This document shows positions 61,321-64,000 of a stretch of DNA of 64,000 nt, one piece after another. A program made the translations under genes and the position numbers. The notes beneath the pieces are model-generated. The model searched no databases, had not been told where the DNA came from, and saw nothing but the letters and a program-made list of their open reading frames with translations. Source of the DNA: Botryllus schlosseri (taxonomy: Eukaryota); the NCBI GenBank assembly GCA_051294905.1, contig CM119384.1, positions 6,324,001 through 6,388,000 of the forward strand, written 5' to 3'. The first letter of the stretch is position 1. Each line of letters begins with the position of its first letter.

Positions 61321-61590
61321 GTAGGTGGCGAGATAGCGTAGTTGTATAATCCACAGCTACAAAACCGTTGTGTTGTGGGTTCGAGTCCGACTCCAGAATT
61401 CCTACCCAAGTGTTGGAGCTTTATCTAGGCTCCTCCTCGCCATCTCATCGGCATGATTACTAAGCTGTATCTCACAAAAGCCTGGACGTGTGCCGTGCTA
61501 CCAGCAGTTGGCGGTTACGGAATGAAAAATAAGAAATATCGGCCTGGTGTAAATGACCATTGTGGACGACTAACACCATGATTACCACCA
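61321..61590 (+). mobile_element. tRNA-derived SINE, family 2 (carried inside hAT copy B)
   Basis: A-box TAGCGTAGTTG and B-box GGTTCGAGTCC; body homologous to 57521-57765, 47431-47566 and 62225-62350. Confidence 0.8.
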
Positions 61591-64000
61591 ATAACATTAG
61601 GGATGAGTACATAGTTAATGCTGACAATGCAAGTCTTTTCGCTTCAACGAACTTGCCCGTAAGCTCCACTTTCGCACGCTGCGCAGGGCGCACACCAGGA
61701 TATGATAACACACAGTCACTAAAATTTGACGTAGTAAGCAAGAAGTGGGATATCTCGGCAAACTGATGGGCCGCAGGCCACATTATCATGTAAGACGGGA
61801 ATCTGTCGGCGGGCCGGACAAAATGCCGTCGCGGGCCGGACCCGGCCCGCGGGCCGTATGTTGCCCGTCCCTGGTGTACGAGGTACGTGTACTTGTACAT
61901 TACCATAGATAGGCTCTCACTTCAATGAAATGTAGGGTTGGAATTAGCAATATGACGTCACGTGACGTCATGAGGTTCACGTTCGCATTCACACAGAACC
62001 TTTCAGACAGGTTCGCGCAACCTTTCCAGAGGTTCACACCATCCCTACCCGGTACCCCAAATTTACCAAGATATCAATTCATTAGGGTTGAGTAGGTGAC
62101 GAGATCGCGTCGTTGGTGAACTGTGTGGCCTAATTAATCTCGATATTGAATTCATGCGGCCCGCGTCCTCTACGAAATTTGAAAAGTGGCCGCGACCCGT
62201 TTTGAGTTGGCGACCCCTGGCATAAGCGGTGCCTTACAAAAGCATAGAAGTGTGACGTGCTACAAGTCGGTGTTTACGGAATCAAAAATAAGAAATATCA
62301 GCCTGGTGTAAATGACCATTGCAGTCGACAACCACCATGATTACCACAAACGACATTAGGGTTGAGTACATCGTAAATGCCGATAATGCAAGTCTTCTCG
62401 CTTCGACGAACTTACGCGTAAGCTCCACTCTCGCATGCTGCGCACACACGTATATAATAACATACAGTCACTAAAATTTGACGTAGAAGGCAAGTAGTGG
62501 GGCATCTCGGCAGACTGGGGCCGCGGGCCACATTATCATGTAAGACGGAAAATGTCCGCGGGCCGGATAAAATCCCTTCGCGGGCCGGATCCGGCCCGCG
62601 GGCCGTATGTTGCCCGCTATGTCATAGCTATGACCTATGGGACTCGCCAGTCGATAGGTTTCCCTATACCTATCTCGATGAACACAACTTCGAGACCTGG
62701 ATAAAGGGATGAAAGGGCAAAAATTACCAATCTTGAAACCATATAGGAGCAAGATATGCTGATTCTGCTATAAAACGCGAGGCTGGCGACGAGGAGCCTT
62801 TAAATAAACCTTCAGCGCGAATCAATATATCAAATTCAAATATTGTGAAATCTAATCTAATTAATGCGAATCAATCGAAAGTTCATAATGTGGGATTTTT
62901 TTGTCGAAGAAGTGGATTTTCTATGCTTGCAATGAAATTCTTAGAATGCTGTAAGTGCATGACATTTCCAACTGATTTGCATTTCCTAGGACGCTCGACG
63001 AGATCATTCCTGTCACAATTTTTCAATGTAACCTTGAATTAAAGTTTGATCGTGTTAAAATACCTGATAATATCTCCGAGACTAGCCTACTGACAGTGCT
63101 TAAACTTGAGCCAGCCCATCATCTCTTTATGTCCCCGATTATTATAATATAATAAATTACGCAAATAGAAAAGCAAATTTTACGGTGAAACCGATATGTT
63201 CATAGCATATAGAGACTCTATATCCCTATATCTATATCTCTATGGTTTTAACGATTTTAAAGTGACATCTAGAAAAGCGGTAACCAACATGAATCTTGGC
63301 GTAAACTTGTTCCAACTTGTCCTTGAAAAACCACAAAACAAGACATGGCAATCGAAACTTCACAAGAAACAGGCATGACTCAACGAAGATTAACGTTCTG
63401 ACTGCATTGTATGTATAAAGTTTTGCAAACGTTACAAGTATTAATAGGATAGACCTGGCTGCAAATATTGCAAAACAGACTAAAATTATAGATCAATGCG
63501 CATTGAGCGATGATCCTCAAATTTTCTCAGGACATTTGTAAGTTAGCTTGATCGCGATTTTTGCAATTTCTCAGCGCACACTTACAAAATAATGTAGGTA
63601 GAATGATTACGGAATCGCGGCGTCAAAAGAGCGGCACCTACGTATTTGACAGTTCAGTGTTCCCGAAGGCAACTTCACGAAAATTAATGTACGATGATTG
63701 AGCAAATTTCTCATACATTTATTATTATATGTGAATCATGCAAATAACATTGTAATTGTTATACATATATTGAACTTTCAGAAATGATTGATCTGCGAGC
63801 CAATTGCGAATTTGGAGCATCCATGTCCATCGATTCCGAAGGACGAAGCAATATGGTTAGTTCGTGGCTATAGTTCTAGTCGATTACCATACAAGGCAAT
63901 ATGTCCGATTAGCGATTTACCATTGTGCCGGATTGAGTTCCTCCCAGGTTAATTGAACGTATCATACTTATCAATTTAGACTCATTCAATATTCAAACGA

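Larger units (their letters stand above)
60705..61873. mobile_element. hAT MITE copy B (level 3; same family as copy A)
   Basis: CAGGGGCGGGCAAC / GTTGCCCGTCCCTG; TSD GCGTACGA / GTGTACGA (7/8); collinear with both halves of copy A. Confidence 0.9.
59942..62047. mobile_element. Ac-like hAT element (level 2)
   Basis: TIRs TAGGGATGGTGTGAAC / GTTCACACCATCCCTA; perfect TSD CCCGGTAC; GGTTCAC subterminal repeats. Confidence 0.92.
59636..62619. mobile_element. hAT MITE copy A (outermost of a 4-level nest)
   Basis: Left end CAGGGGCGGGCAAC; right end ...GTATGTTGCCCGC (last bases eroded); perfect TSD TGTCATAG (59628-59635, 62620-62627). Confidence 0.85.

Noticed and set aside
61321-61395. tRNA gene
   Set aside because: A/B-box head of a dispersed SINE with four copies in the window; no cloverleaf.
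61472-62752. Two similar ORFs (GRATYGPRAGSGPR...) suggesting a duplicated gene
   Set aside because: They are translations of the GC-rich subterminal repeats of hAT copies A and B.
55000-64000. A second protein-coding gene upstream
   Set aside because: I found no exon-like, domain-encoding segments on either strand. Much of the region is accounted for by MITEs, SINEs and AT-rich spacer.

Overview
Eukaryotic (invertebrate animal) genomic DNA. It is AT-rich, has many 58-70 nt introns and is full of MITEs. A tunicate or other marine invertebrate is my guess; the taxon is not shown by the sequence. About 53 kb of the window is one giant minus-strand gene. By hand I reconstructed 83 coding exons that join in phase from an ATG at 53248 to 266, with no stop reached (about 11.9 kb CDS, at least about 3,970 aa). 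The 3' end is unresolved. Predicted architecture: signal peptide - SUEL/Gal_lectin - Mucin2_WxxW - 2x Sushi/CCP - VWD(GDPH)-C8-TIL-TILa - VWD(GGSQH)-C8-TIL - TIL - SEA-like - 36 tandem EGF exons - short P/T/K linker - 2x[thyroglobulin-1 pair, EGFs, TIL] - more EGF/TIL. In total there are 49 EGF, 6 TIL and 4 thyroglobulin modules. The 36-EGF array is hierarchical: a 6-exon unit x3 gives an 18-exon block, and that block is duplicated with identical exon lengths. It is Arg/aromatic-rich with periodic acidic modules, which suggests a fibre, adhesive or mucus-net precursor (inference). The introns and the upstream 11 kb hold many transposons. These include an internally deleted Gypsy element with identical LTRs about 390 bp upstream of the ATG, a 5'-truncated CR1/L2/Crack-group LINE, a tRNA-SINE sharing that LINE's 3' stem-loop tail, a second SINE family, a fold-back Tc1/mariner-type MITE, and three nested stacks of hAT elements with readable 8-bp TSDs. 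All coordinates were read by eye and should be confirmed computationally.
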